Shown: positions 9,669 through 20,382, counted from the first letter of the stretch. The stretch is 64,000 nucleotides of DNA from an uncultured Verrucomicrobiae bacterium (GCA_963812605.1 CAWEWF010000005.1:160001-224000); one strand, 5' to 3'. Notes: a model not told the origin generated them from the letters alone. Translations and numbers: made by a program.

Positions 9669-10385
9669 TTATACTTCATTGCGCTGGCGTGACATGGCCA
9701 GATGGATTGTGGACGCCAGGTAGATCACGATACCGACTATGGAGAGGGCGGAGATGATTCCGGCGGGGAAGGCGTGGGCGATTTGTTCGAGGTTGCCAGA
9801 GTCGAGGATGTCGCCGCTGGTGCTGAGGTTGAGATATTTGAAATAGCCGTGGACGAAGATGATGAGCGCGGCGGCGAAGCTGGCGAGGAAGGCGAGGGCG
9901 TAGGCGGCGCCGGCGAAGCGCTGGCCGAGGTAGAATTGTCCCGCGCCGGGCACCATGAGATTGAGGAACATGGCAACGCGCATGGTTCGCGGACGCGGTG
10001 CTGACGGTGACGGAGGCTTGGTGCGGAGTGCGGGCGCGTTAAGCACCGGCGGGACAGCAGTCGCGGGCGAGAGAATCCACGCGTTCATGATCTGCTGGCG
10101 GACCGGTACGGGAACGCTTTCCAGATTGTTGTAAAGGGTGGTTTGGCCGTTGTCGGTGACGGAGATCTGGACGCCGTCGCGAGCGAAAATTGGCGAAGAC
10201 GGCACCGGCACGACCGCAAGCGGGACGCTCGCGCTACGAGATTGCACCGGAGGTGCCGGTGCAACGGCAGCGGGCGGTTTTGACTCGCCTTGCGCGAGCA
10301 GGGCAAGCATCTGGGCTTCGAACTCGGCTTCGCGAGCATTGGCTTCCCGGTCTGATAACTTGGCGATGTCCGTCCATTTGGGCAT
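9669..10385 (-). CDS. Hypothetical membrane protein (Pro-rich linker, PGAGQFYLG TM2/DUF5683-like motif)
   Basis: LNLMVPGAGQFYLGQ followed by TM helices. Confidence 0.65.
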   Translation of the reverse strand: MPKWTDIAKLSDREANAREAEFEAQMLALLAQGESKPPAAVAPAPPVQSRSASVPLAVVPVPSSPIFARDGVQISVTDNGQTTLYNNLESVPVPVRQQIMNAWILSPATAVPPVLNAPALRTKPPSPSAPRPRTMRVAMFLNLMVPGAGQFYLGQRFAGAAYALAFLASFAAALIIFVHGYFKYLNLSTSGDILDSGNLEQIAHAFPAGIISALSIVGIVIYLASTIHLAMSRQRNEV

Positions 10386-10491
10386 AAATGACTTCTGATG
10401 CAATAAAGGGCAAGATGTGTGCCCATTCAAGCTCTATTCAGAACGGCGGAAAGGCGAGCGCTTCACAGAAGCGCTGCTACACCGGAACGAC

Positions 10492-11325
10492 TTACTCCAC
10501 GGCGATGACGGTGTAGCCGCCGGATTTTTTGTCGGGCTCGAGTTTCAGCATGTTGCGCTTCTGCATTTCCAGGAGCATATCGTTGAACGAGCGGAAGCCG
10601 TAGGCGCGCTCGTTGAAGCCGGGGTGACGACGTTTGATCGCCTGCTTGATCATGGAACCGTACGTGAGATCGTCCGCGCCCCGTTCCGCCGAGATGGCTT
10701 CCAGCGTTTTCATCACCAGGTCGAACCCATCCGTGACCGCGGGGCCGGCGGGAACCCTGGCTTCGCCGTCGGGAGACTTCGTTTCACCGTCGGTTTTTGC
10801 GGGTGCGACGGCATGATGCGCGGCCACCCGCCGGCGCGGTCGCGGCGCGGCGCGAACCAGGTCGTCGTAATACAGGAATTCGTCGCAATTGTTGATGAAG
10901 AGGTCGGACGTGGAATTCTTGACCCCGACGCCGATGACGGTCTTGGCGTTCTCGCGCAACTTGCTCACGAGCGGGGAGAAATCGGAGTCGCCGCTGATGA
11001 TGACGAAGGTGTCCACATGACTTTTCGTGTAGCACAGGTCGAGCGCGTCCACGACCATGCGGATGTCGGCGGAATTCTTTCCCGACTGCCGCAGGTGCGG
11101 GATCTCGATGAGCTCGAAAGCGGCTTCATGCAGGTCGCGCTTGAAGACCTTGTAGCGGTCGAAGTCACAGTAGGCTTTCTTGACGACGATGTGGCCCTTG
11201 AGCAGGAGACGTTCGAGGACCTTTTGGATTTCGAAGCGAGGATAATTGGCGTCAAGCGCCCCGAGGGCGATATTCTCGAGGTCGAGGAAGACCGCCATGG
11301 TTGTATTGGAATCTTGTGTGCTCAT
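10492..11325 (-). CDS. NYN (LabA/DUF88) domain protein with C-terminal OST-HTH
   Basis: AVFLDLENI, GKNSADIRMVVDAL, IISGDSDFSPLV, PGFNERAYGFRSF. Confidence 0.92.
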   Translation of the reverse strand: MSTQDSNTTMAVFLDLENIALGALDANYPRFEIQKVLERLLLKGHIVVKKAYCDFDRYKVFKRDLHEAAFELIEIPHLRQSGKNSADIRMVVDALDLCYTKSHVDTFVIISGDSDFSPLVSKLRENAKTVIGVGVKNSTSDLFINNCDEFLYYDDLVRAAPRPRRRVAAHHAVAPAKTDGETKSPDGEARVPAGPAVTDGFDLVMKTLEAISAERGADDLTYGSMIKQAIKRRHPGFNERAYGFRSFNDMLLEMQKRNMLKLEPDKKSGGYTVIAVE

Positions 11326-11376
11326 GTGATTGGCGGAGCTATTGTACTACAGAAGTGGCGCGCAACACAGGCTTTG

Positions 11377-12777
11377 TTATTTCCCACCTTCGTGCAGGGT
11401 TTCGGCCTGGGCATTGATCTCCGTCATGGCTGTGGTCAGCTCGATGTAGACCTCGTCCTTGACGTTGACGACGCCGTAGTTGCAGTTCTCGCCATCGAAC
11501 CGGCCTTCCTTCGGCTCGTCGCAGTGCTCGAACCAGTGATAGCCGACCAGATTTGGGCTTTGCAGCGCCAAGGTGACGTATTTTCTGAAAGCGCTGGCGC
11601 GGTCGGCCTGGGTCTTGACTCGCGGGCCACCGCCGCGGCTGTTGGGCAGGCCGACATCCTGGCCGCGGAACGAAAATTCGCCGATGATCAGCGGCTTGCC
11701 GAACACCGAGTAGCGCTCGATTGTGTCATGTGGGTCGAGGGCGTAGCAGTTGAACGAGATCGCATCGAGATATTTCGCCGCGGCGGCCACCACGGGCTGC
11801 GGGGGGACATAGGCGAAACGGGAGCCGAAATTCATGTGATTGGGATCGGCGGCCTTGACGGCTTCGGCGGTGATGCGGAAGTAACGCTCCGCGAGGCGCG
11901 CGAGAAAGGCATCGCTATCGGCGACGAAGGCCGCGCGCTTCGGGTCAGTCTCGTTGGCCTGCTGTTCGGATTCCTTGTTCTGCTCGTAAACGGCCTTGCG
12001 CTTGTACGGTTGCGCGATTGAAGTGGCTTGCGCAACGTCATCCCACGAAGCGAAGGTGGTATTCCAGACGGCATTGAACTTTTTCACATCGGTATAGCGT
12101 TCGCGCAGGAGGTCGACGGCGGCTTTCTTTCCCGGGACGCTGGCGGGCAACGCCATGAACATGGTCAACAAGTCATCCGTGCCGCGCCAGTCGGGGCCCC
12201 AGCGCAATTCGTTGTCGGTGAACCAACCGAGCAGCGAGGGGTCGTTGGCGCGCGCAGCGCAAATCTCGAAAGCCCGCCGATGAGCCATCGGTTCAAAATC
12301 GGGATCGAAGACATCGGGGAAAATCCCGTGCAACCAGGCTGCGCCCTTTTGTTTTTGTTCGACGAACGTGGAGCCAATATCAATGATCGGGCCATAGGCG
12401 AGATGTTGTTTGCCCACGGCGATTTCCGCGATGGTGTCATCGGACCAGGCGCCGAGACTATTGAAGCCCCAGCCGATCAACCGCTGCGCCACAGCCTTGC
12501 GCCAGGCGGCCGGCGAGCCGTACTTCGCCTTGTTGGTCTCGAGGTACGGGGAGATGTCGGTGCCGCGAATGGTGTCGGCGGCCATCTTGACCGTGGTCAC
12601 ACCCTTGGAGATGAAGCGGTGGCCGTCAGGAGCGATGAGCCACCAGCGGCCGTCAATCTTCGCGGCGTGAAAAAAATGGTTGCTCGCCGCGGTCGGGGCG
12701 TCAGCGGCCAGGCTGGGATTGGGGAAGAGATTGGTGGTCGCGATCAACAATAGTGCCAGTCCGGTGGAAGCGTGCAT
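11377..12777 (-). CDS. Secreted glycoside hydrolase, beta-agarase/GH50-like
   Basis: Signal peptide; DGRWWLIAPDG, WGFNSLGAWS, FPDVFDP, GWFTDNEL, PLIIGEF, VGYHWF, ENCNYG. Confidence 0.8.
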   Translation of the reverse strand: MHASTGLALLLIATTNLFPNPSLAADAPTAASNHFFHAAKIDGRWWLIAPDGHRFISKGVTTVKMAADTIRGTDISPYLETNKAKYGSPAAWRKAVAQRLIGWGFNSLGAWSDDTIAEIAVGKQHLAYGPIIDIGSTFVEQKQKGAAWLHGIFPDVFDPDFEPMAHRRAFEICAARANDPSLLGWFTDNELRWGPDWRGTDDLLTMFMALPASVPGKKAAVDLLRERYTDVKKFNAVWNTTFASWDDVAQATSIAQPYKRKAVYEQNKESEQQANETDPKRAAFVADSDAFLARLAERYFRITAEAVKAADPNHMNFGSRFAYVPPQPVVAAAAKYLDAISFNCYALDPHDTIERYSVFGKPLIIGEFSFRGQDVGLPNSRGGGPRVKTQADRASAFRKYVTLALQSPNLVGYHWFEHCDEPKEGRFDGENCNYGVVNVKDEVYIELTTAMTEINAQAETLHEGGK

Positions 12778-12867
12778 GAGTCCGGAATCCTGCCAAGGAT
12801 GCCACACGGAAACAAGCAGAATGTCCGAAAGCATTTCGCCAACAGCCGATGAATTCCACACGCCTGG

Positions 12868-13857
12868 TTACGGAGTGCGCGGCGGATCGGGAGGATTCCA
12901 CCAGCAAGGACCTTTGTCTTGAATGGCTTCCAGCGCGCGACGTCGGGTTTCGGAAAGCTGGCCGGGTGAAAGGGGTTCGAAGGTTTGCGCGGCGGTGTAG
13001 GCGGCGTCTTGTTCGTTCGGAAAACTTAAGCCGAGCAGCGCGACGTCGGGGTCTAGCGTGAGCGTGTAGTGCAGGCACTCGGCAACGGCCAGGCGCGGAA
13101 GCGGTGGTGCGTCGGAGGCGTCGCTGCCGCCGGAACTGAATTTGCCGCGCGGACGGGCTTGGAGCGGCTGATTGTAGCCGGTGGTATCCGCGACCAGTTT
13201 GCCCGCGCCGAAGGTTTTGAAGCAGACGGTGCCGACCCGGTGTTGTTTGGCCAGCGGCAGAATTTCTTCCACGTAGCGCCTGTCGACGAACGGCCCGATT
13301 GCAAACATCACCACGTCACAGAGGCCCGAAGGGATGGCGGCGAGCAGGACATCAGGGTGGTGCGACGAGATGCCGCGAAAGCGCGCTTTGCCGGCCTTCA
13401 CGACGGAGGACAACTGTTCCATGCCGCCACCGGGCGCGGCGATCTTTCGCCAGTCGTCCATCGTGCTGAGCCCGTGGAACACGAAGCAATCGACGGCTTC
13501 GAGGCCTGTGTTTTTCAAACTGGCATCGACTTGCGGCGCGACAGGCTCGTGGTGGTGGTCGATTTTGTCGATAACGAACATGCCGTCGCGCCGGCCCCGC
13601 AATGCGACGCCGACAATTTGCTCGCTGTAACCCTCCTCGTAGTTCGGGGCGGTGTCGATCAGGTTCAGCCCCGCGTCCATTGCGCGGCGGATGGTGGCGA
13701 CGCAACGGTCGAGCGGTACCTTGCGGTCGGCAACATCGCCAATGCCGAGCCGGGTGGCTTTGAATCCCGTGCGGCCGAGTTCGCGCCGCGGGCCAAACAC
13801 GCCGCGCCAGTCTATCGGCGCGGGGGCTGTCGATGTTATTTTCTCTCGAGCAGGCAC
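12868..13857 (-). CDS. Aldo/keto reductase
   Basis: RRELGRTG, AGLNLIDTAPNY, GKARFRGISSH. Confidence 0.85.
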   Translation of the reverse strand: MPAREKITSTAPAPIDWRGVFGPRRELGRTGFKATRLGIGDVADRKVPLDRCVATIRRAMDAGLNLIDTAPNYEEGYSEQIVGVALRGRRDGMFVIDKIDHHHEPVAPQVDASLKNTGLEAVDCFVFHGLSTMDDWRKIAAPGGGMEQLSSVVKAGKARFRGISSHHPDVLLAAIPSGLCDVVMFAIGPFVDRRYVEEILPLAKQHRVGTVCFKTFGAGKLVADTTGYNQPLQARPRGKFSSGGSDASDAPPLPRLAVAECLHYTLTLDPDVALLGLSFPNEQDAAYTAAQTFEPLSPGQLSETRRRALEAIQDKGPCWWNPPDPPRTP

Positions 13858-15827
13858 AGGCGATAATTATACGACGGGTTTTCGCGAGAGCCAAGCATGT
13901 TGCCTTCGGTCACGGCGAGGAACGCGCTATCACCGAGGATGAGATGTTCGTGGACCTCGCCGGTCTTGATATAGTTCCAAACCCCTTTGCCAGTGCCCGG
14001 AGAAAGACAATGGATGCTGTGATACGTGACCGAAGGACCGGTGTCCGAGAGCAGGCGCGTCTCGACGGTGGTATCGAAAACGTAAACATTGTCCTTGGCA
14101 AAGACCAGCTCTCCCCCAATGTTTCTCACGCCCCAAGCGGTGGAGCCCTTCTGGGGATCGAGTTTCATGAGGAATGTCACAGGAGCGCGCGGATCCGTCG
14201 TGCCGCCGGTGGAAGTGCCCTCAATACGGAAGTCTTTCGCCTCGCTCTGTTGGAAATCCGGCTTGGACAACGTGACGGTTGCGTAAACGCCCCCGTCAGG
14301 CCCGACGAACAGGCGGCCGGGCTTGAGTTTGTTGCGGGCCCATTTCTGCTGGCCGGTTTTCGCATCGAGGGCAATGACCTGATCGCCGGCGGCGACGGCA
14401 AAAATGTTGCCACCCGCGGCGACGAGCCGGGCCGAGGCCGGCAACGCCACTTGCCAAAGCGGCTCGTTTCCATCCTCGAAGACCAGCAGGTCGCGACCGG
14501 CGACAAGGCACGTGAGTTGACCGATTTTTACGATCTGTGGGGCGCGTCTCAGAGAGACACTACGATTGCCGGTTTCGGTCCCGGTTTCGAGGGAGCGAAA
14601 ATGGAGGATGTAGTTCTGCGCCGGCGTGTCCGGTTCCGGCTCCGGCCCATCGGCGGTGGTTTCCAGGTCAAAGCTACCCCTGTTCATGGCGTTTTGAATC
14701 CTGCCAAACATCGCGCCGCGGAAGGCGTTAACGTCCCAACCCGACGCCGTGATCTCGCGAAGATCGGAATCCGACGAAGCGGTCTTTTTGGGCGTATCGA
14801 GCACTGCCGTGATGATACGCTTGCCGGATATCGGCACCGCTGCGGCGTACGCGAGGGCATTGGGGTCAGACCAGAGTTCGTGGCCATCCGCAAAGGCGAG
14901 CGACGCGGCGTGTGGCAGCACGGTTTTGTCGGTGGACTCGCTCGGCCCGAACACGCACAGCAGACCGTCGTCGTGCGGCAGCACCTGCAAGAGGGACGTA
15001 TCGGGACGAAAGAACTTCCAGGCCACCACGCCGTTTTGCGCGTTGACGACGACCAATTGCCGTTCCGAGCGCAGGATGACGTTGTCTCCCTTCACCTCCA
15101 GAATCGATAGCGGGTCGCGAAACTTTGAGGGGTCGACCGCATAGTCGGGATTGGACGGGGCCTTCTTGGGCGCGCTGTAGGGTTCTTCGAGGGCGCGGAG
15201 GTCGACCTTCCAGACCTTCTGCGTGGCGGTCAGGTTGACGAGGCTGAGTTCATCGTCGGCTTGCACCACCGTGCGCGCGGGATCGAGCATCACGGCCTTG
15301 AAGCTTTCGATTCCCGACATGACATCCATGCTCGAGGTGATGTGGGGACGGGGACCCCATTTGCTCAGGTAGATGACGTAGCCGATATAACCTGCGCCGA
15401 GCACAATCGCCGCGAGCACGGCGAATTTGGCGATCACCATAACGCCACCGATCACGCGTTCCAGCTTGTTGTCGTCCGCGCTCACCCTCTGGGTGCCGGT
15501 GGTCATGGACGGTTGGCTGGCGCTGACGGCGGCGCGGCATTCGTCGCTGCAGTAATAACCTTTCTCGCGCACGCAGATCATGCACAACGGTTTTGCGCAG
15601 TTCATGCAGTTTTGCGTGGCGTACTCCTCGGGGTGATTAACACAGAAGACGTGGAAGCGCGGTTCTTGCGTTTCGGCCGGGGCCGTTTCCTCGGCGGCGT
15701 CGGGTTGCGCAGCCTGGGCAATGAGGTCGGCAGCGAGCGCGCCACAGCGGGGACAACGCACCCGCTTGGCGACCTCTTCGTTCAGGACCTCTAAGGTCCC
15801 ACCGCAGGAGCAGGTGATCTCAATCAT
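13836..15827 (-). CDS. Membrane protein with N-terminal Zn ribbon/B-box-like fingers and C-terminal PQQ-like beta-propeller
   Basis: CSCG..CPRC; CVNHPEEYATQNCMNCAKPLCMIC..YYCSDEC; one TM helix; repeats such as ALDAKTGQQKW and LDPQKGSTAW. Confidence 0.75.
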   Translation of the reverse strand: MIEITCSCGGTLEVLNEEVAKRVRCPRCGALAADLIAQAAQPDAAEETAPAETQEPRFHVFCVNHPEEYATQNCMNCAKPLCMICVREKGYYCSDECRAAVSASQPSMTTGTQRVSADDNKLERVIGGVMVIAKFAVLAAIVLGAGYIGYVIYLSKWGPRPHITSSMDVMSGIESFKAVMLDPARTVVQADDELSLVNLTATQKVWKVDLRALEEPYSAPKKAPSNPDYAVDPSKFRDPLSILEVKGDNVILRSERQLVVVNAQNGVVAWKFFRPDTSLLQVLPHDDGLLCVFGPSESTDKTVLPHAASLAFADGHELWSDPNALAYAAAVPISGKRIITAVLDTPKKTASSDSDLREITASGWDVNAFRGAMFGRIQNAMNRGSFDLETTADGPEPEPDTPAQNYILHFRSLETGTETGNRSVSLRRAPQIVKIGQLTCLVAGRDLLVFEDGNEPLWQVALPASARLVAAGGNIFAVAAGDQVIALDAKTGQQKWARNKLKPGRLFVGPDGGVYATVTLSKPDFQQSEAKDFRIEGTSTGGTTDPRAPVTFLMKLDPQKGSTAWGVRNIGGELVFAKDNVYVFDTTVETRLLSDTGPSVTYHSIHCLSPGTGKGVWNYIKTGEVHEHLILGDSAFLAVTEGNMLGSRENPSYNYRLCLLERK

Positions 15828-16912
15828 GGGACTTTCCTTTCCACTTGAATTCCTTGCGAAACAGCAGATTTGGATACGGCGAGGGAGAGGCGTTGGTAGT
15901 TGACGGCGACGGCGCGGGTGTTGGCGGGGTGCTCTTGCGGTTCATCGAGCGCAGTTCCTCATCGATCAACTCGGCTTGTTCGGACCAGCCATTGTCGCGA
16001 TACAGGGTGAGGGCGGCGAGCAAAACGTCCTGGGCGCGTTTGACCCTGCCGGTGCATTCCCAGCACAGGGCCCACTTGGTATGGGCCGCGGCGCAATGTG
16101 GATAGCGCTTGGCGATCCGCTGGTAGGCTTCCATTGCGGGATACCATTTCTGCTTGTAGAAGAGATGGTCGGCGTTTTTCATCAAATATTCCTCTTCGCC
16201 GTTGCGCCACTCCCTTGTTGCGAGCGCTGCGGCCAATCCCAGCGCAAACCCGCCGATATGCCCCCAATACGCGATCTGCGCGCCGCCGGCGTGCAGGGCG
16301 ATCATGCCGAATACCAGTTGCAGCGCGATCCAGAAGCCGATGAAGATCAGTGAACTCACACGCGTGATTCCCTGTCGCATGATAAACGGAATGGGAATGC
16401 ACGCGCCGAACCACATGCGGATTTTGAACCGCGGAAAGCGCACCAGATAGTACCCCAAGAGCCCGGCGATTGCGCCCGACGCGCCGATGCACGGTTCGTC
16501 GAGGTTGGGGAAATGCCCGACGACGGCCGTGAGCCAATAGAGAAACACCGAGGCGATGCCGCTGGCAAAGTAGAGCAGTAGGAACTTTCCCTTGCCCAGG
16601 ACGTTCCTCGAGATCGCTGCCGGCGAACCAGAGATAAAGCATGTTGCCGCCGATATGCAGGACGCTGGTCACGTAGTCGGTCCACGGGGCGTTGACCTCG
16701 GTGGGCCAACCCGCGTGCAGGAACATGTAGGTGAGAAATTGCCACGGTCGCGGGTGGGCCGCAATGAAGCCAAATGTCCAGGCAATCTGGTGGTAATTCA
16801 GGAAGTTCGAGACGAAATAGATGATGACGTTGATGGCGATGAGAGACACGGTGGCCGTGGGAATGCGTGTGCGGTCGTGGTCGGACCCCGTCGGTATGAG
16901 TAGAGCAATCAT
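15820..16912 (-). CDS. Rhomboid intramembrane protease with C-terminal TPR (frameshift near 16604)
   Basis: YMFLHAG, HIGGNMLYLW in one frame; GASGAIAG and AYWGHIGGF in the next frame. Confidence 0.85.
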
Positions 16913-17110
16913 ACGCCTCACCTGCGCTGCCGGGCCATCATGCCGTGGGGGGAACGGAGAATCAAACCCTAAGTTGTTGGATAATCACGGGGCGCCGGGT
17001 CGATTCGGAATTGGCTTTCGCGCGGGTGCGCGCTATACTGTGGGCGTTGATGGCGGCACGCCGAGATGCGGCGTGCCTGAAAACGGGCACAATTCAAAAA
17101 AGGAGTGTGT

Positions 17111-17881
17111 ATGCGCAAACGCATTATCTCCATCGTCTTGGGTGTCCTCCCCATAATTCTCATGTCGCTCGGCGCCGGTACGCGCGCACGGGGCGACGAC
17201 GCGGCGGCGAAAAAAGTTCCCTGGAAGATCAGCGGGCAACTCGAAGAGGCGTGCAGTTGTAATGCGGCCTGTCCCTGCTGGTTCAACTCGTTGCCGAGCC
17301 GGATGAATTGTGGTGGCGTGCAGGTATTGTTCATCACCAAGGGCCACTACGGCAAGGTGAAGCTCGACGGACTGGCGATCAGTCATTTTGGCCAAAGTCC
17401 GGACAACCAGACGATGATGGACTCGTTCGGGAAATGGAACTTCTCGTATCTTTATATTGATGAGAAGGCCACGCCGGAGCAACGCGTGGCGTTGGAAGCG
17501 GTCGGCAAGATCGTGTTGCCGTTCGCGGCGTCCGGGAAGACGAAGATCCAGTACGTGCCGATCACGCGGGTGGCGGAGGGCAAGGACAACAAGATCGCGG
17601 TGGGCCAATACAGCACGATTGAGGGACATCTCATCGAAGGCGGCCTCGGCGGGCACCCGAAGATTGTTAACCCACCGGGTGCGGACCCCATCCACCACGA
17701 ATATCTCCAAGGCGAGACGACCAAGCTGGTGTACAACGATGCGGAGCAGAATTGGAATTGGAAGGGTTCAAATTACATGCGCGGCGAATTCACGGTGGAC
17801 AGCGAGCAGTATGAGAAATTCGCCGCCGGCCTCGCGCAGAAGATGGCAGGGATGAACAAACCGCCGGAGACTGCGAAGTAG
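17111..17881 (+). CDS. DUF1326 family protein with signal peptide
   Basis: EACSCNAACPCW, GHYGKVKLDGL, YIDEKATPEQRVAL. Confidence 0.8.
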   Translation: MRKRIISIVLGVLPIILMSLGAGTRARGDDAAAKKVPWKISGQLEEACSCNAACPCWFNSLPSRMNCGGVQVLFITKGHYGKVKLDGLAISHFGQSPDNQTMMDSFGKWNFSYLYIDEKATPEQRVALEAVGKIVLPFAASGKTKIQYVPITRVAEGKDNKIAVGQYSTIEGHLIEGGLGGHPKIVNPPGADPIHHEYLQGETTKLVYNDAEQNWNWKGSNYMRGEFTVDSEQYEKFAAGLAQKMAGMNKPPETAK

Positions 17882-17895
17882 CGGGCGGCGCGTTG

Positions 17896-19227
17896 CTAGG
17901 ATGACGCTGCTTCCGGGGCGGCGGGTTGTTGCGGCGACATGATGCGCATGACGATGAGGCCGGCGACCAGGCAGATCACGCCGCCCATGGTGACCGTGAA
18001 CGAGGCGCTGGTGACTCGGGCCAGCGCGCCGGCGATGAGGCTGCCGAACGGTGCCATCCCGATGAAGGCCAGCGAATAGATGCCCATGACGCGTCCGCGG
18101 AGTTCGTCGGGCACGCGCGTTTGCACGGCGGTGTTGGCGGTCGCGAAGAAAATGATCATGAAGAAACCAGAGCCCGTCAGCGCCGCGGCCGAGAGCCAGT
18201 AGATTTGCGACAGCGCGAAGACGCAGAGCATGATGCAGAAGCCGAACAATCCGCCGTAGAACAGCTTTCGTTTGTGTGGTGAATCCCCGAGCGAAGCCAA
18301 CGCCAGGGCGCCGGCGAGCGCGCCCAGGCCGTTGGCGGCCATGAGATAGCCGTAGCCGCTCGCGCCGACGTGAAGCACGTCGCGAGCGAAGACCGGCAGC
18401 AGGACACTGTACGGCCAGCCGAAGAGGCTCACGACCGTCACCAGCGAGATCACGGCGCGCAGGATGCGGTGACTGCGCACGTAGCGGAAGGCTTCGACGG
18501 TTTCGTGCCACATCGGTTTATGTTTGGCGTGTGGCCGGGCCGCCGGCATGCGCATGGCCAGATAAGCGGCCACGACGGCGAGATACGACACGCCGTTCAA
18601 GAAAAAGCAGCCGGTCATGCCAATCACGCCGATCAAAATGCCCGCGATGGCCGGACCGAAGACGCGTGCGCCGTTGAATAGCGATGAATTGAGCGCAATG
18701 GCATTCATCAAATCTTCCTTGCCGACCATTTCGACCACGAAACTCTGGCGGGTGGGGATGTCGAAGGCGTCGGTGATTCCTTCCAGCAGCGCCAGAAGGG
18801 CGATTTGCCAAATCCGGATGACGCCAAAGTAGACCAGCGCCGCGAGCACAAACGCGAGTACCATGGCGGTGGTTTCAGTGGCGATCACGATGCGGCGTTT
18901 CTCGATGCGGTCGGCCATCGCGCCGCCCACGAGCGTCAGGAGGGTGACGGGAATGGCGGCGGCAAAACGGACAGCGCCGAGGGTGAAGGCCGAGTTGCTG
19001 AGCTGGTACACGAGCCAGCCCACCGCGACTTGTTGCATCCAGGTGCCGATGACGGAAACCAGTTGGCCGCCAAAAAAGAGGCGATAGTTGCGATGGCGAA
19101 ACGCGGCAAAGGTTTTGCGCCAACTGATTCCGCCCGTGACGACGCGCCACGACAGCGGGACGGTGTCGGTGGGCACAGTCGCAATCGTCGGTTCGGCGCG
19201 TTCCGGTGTTGGCGTCGGCTCACTCAC
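17896..19227 (-). CDS. MFS transporter
   Basis: RHRNYRLFFGGQLVS.IGTWMQ, GAMADR, 12 TM pattern, LRGRVMGIY. Confidence 0.92.
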   Translation of the reverse strand: MSEPTPTPERAEPTIATVPTDTVPLSWRVVTGGISWRKTFAAFRHRNYRLFFGGQLVSVIGTWMQQVAVGWLVYQLSNSAFTLGAVRFAAAIPVTLLTLVGGAMADRIEKRRIVIATETTAMVLAFVLAALVYFGVIRIWQIALLALLEGITDAFDIPTRQSFVVEMVGKEDLMNAIALNSSLFNGARVFGPAIAGILIGVIGMTGCFFLNGVSYLAVVAAYLAMRMPAARPHAKHKPMWHETVEAFRYVRSHRILRAVISLVTVVSLFGWPYSVLLPVFARDVLHVGASGYGYLMAANGLGALAGALALASLGDSPHKRKLFYGGLFGFCIMLCVFALSQIYWLSAAALTGSGFFMIIFFATANTAVQTRVPDELRGRVMGIYSLAFIGMAPFGSLIAGALARVTSASFTVTMGGVICLVAGLIVMRIMSPQQPAAPEAASS

Positions 19228-19298
19228 GATGCAAAGTTTCAGGGAATTAGCTGGAAACCGCCACAGAAATCAATGGGGGATTCGGGCGGTAGACAATG

Positions 19299-20031
19299 TT
19301 ACGTGACGCTGTCGCGATCGGGTTTGCGTGGTTCGACATCCTCGAATACGAGTAACTTCACGCGAGTCAGCCCAACAGCCCAACGCATGAGAACAAAAAA
19401 CAGCGCGCTGGAAATGCCAAGTGCAACGGGACCGTCACGCCACATCATCTGGACGTAACTCCTGGTGAACTTGGCCTCGTATTCTTCGGATGAAACGTCA
19501 TTGGTGCCATGATAGACGAAACCGCCTCCCTTGATGTCGTTTGAATTGTCCGGTTCCCGGTGGCATCATCTCCCCTCCCAAGTTGAGCACAACCATATAG
19601 ACCCAACCGAGAACCAAGCCCGCGAATAGTCCCTTGCCGAGACGCGCACCGAGGCCCATCAACCAATGGCTGCGGTTGGAGCCAACCACTACGGCAAGCG
19701 CGCAGCCGAGTAGGCATGGAAAACCGACCATGATCGCCAGAAAGTTTCGGCTGGCACAAAGCCACATGTAGAAGAATCCAATGACGATGCCGACCGCCGC
19801 TCCAAAGGCTGCTCGGCGCCACGACCGCTGAAGCCAGCCAAGCCAAAGGCCAACGACCGGCGTGTATATGAAGCCAAGCCGGTTCGCCAAAAGAATGTCG
19901 TGGTCTCCCGAACTCGCAACTTGTTTCGGCACGAGCCACTCGGCGAAAAGGTAGCAAACCACCCCAGCGAATAGACCACATAGGAAGGCCAGACCCGCAT
20001 TCATTTTGCGATTGGATAAGGCGGGGCCCAT
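19299..20031 (-). CDS. Hypothetical multi-pass membrane protein (frameshifted near 19500-19540)
   Basis: Several TM helices in ORF 19498-20082; continuation ...VALGISSALFFVLMRWAVGLTRVKLLVFEDVEPRKPDRDSVT* ends at 19299. Confidence 0.5.
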
Positions 20032-20041
20032 GTCAGATGTC

Positions 20042-20209
20042 CTAACGCCCGCGACCGAGCAGAAAAAAAAGAACCATGCCAAGGAGGGGAAGACAAAGGA
20101 TTACGAGAATCCAGAGGAGCCTTTTGACTGGATCCGCGTTGCTTTTGAGGCAATCCACGATTGCGATGATGTCCAGCACCAGAACAACCAGACCAAATAG
20201 TCCTACCAT
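20042..20209 (-). CDS. PLDc N-terminal-like small membrane protein (55 aa, below the ORF track cutoff)
   Basis: Hand translation MVGLFGLVVLVLDIIAIVDCLKSNADPVKRLLWILVILCLPLLGMVLFFLLGRGR*, with an AAGGAG RBS. Confidence 0.75.
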   Translation of the reverse strand: MVGLFGLVVLVLDIIAIVDCLKSNADPVKRLLWILVILCLPLLGMVLFFLLGRGR

Positions 20210-20302
20210 GGGGGATCTCCTTCATCGGCAGCCTAACAGGCTGCCGGGGTGATGGCAAGTCTGCGAAACATCCACGAGTTCGGGCAATTCCTAGAATACT
20301 GG

Positions 20303-20358
20303 TTGACAAGCCGGGAAGATGTTATATAGTCAAACCTAAGAAAGTTAGGCTTGGCTAA
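20303..20358 (+). promoter_or_regulatory. sigma70 promoter of mntH with tandem DtxR-family operator boxes
   Basis: TTGACA (20303) -16 bp- TATAGT (20325); boxes ATAGTCAAACCTAA (20326-20339) and TTAGGCTTGGCTAA (20345-20358) resemble TTAGGTTAGCCTAA. Confidence 0.75.
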
Positions 20359-20382
20359 GTTTATTGGTTGGCAAAAAGTGAA

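Noticed and set aside
4393-12021. Long opposite-strand ORFs (e.g. 4393-5571, 6316-7629, 10417-12021; likewise 38520-40148, 59815-61179)
   Set aside because: They are antisense shadows of well-supported genes, as expected with high-GC codon bias, and show no recognisable motifs.
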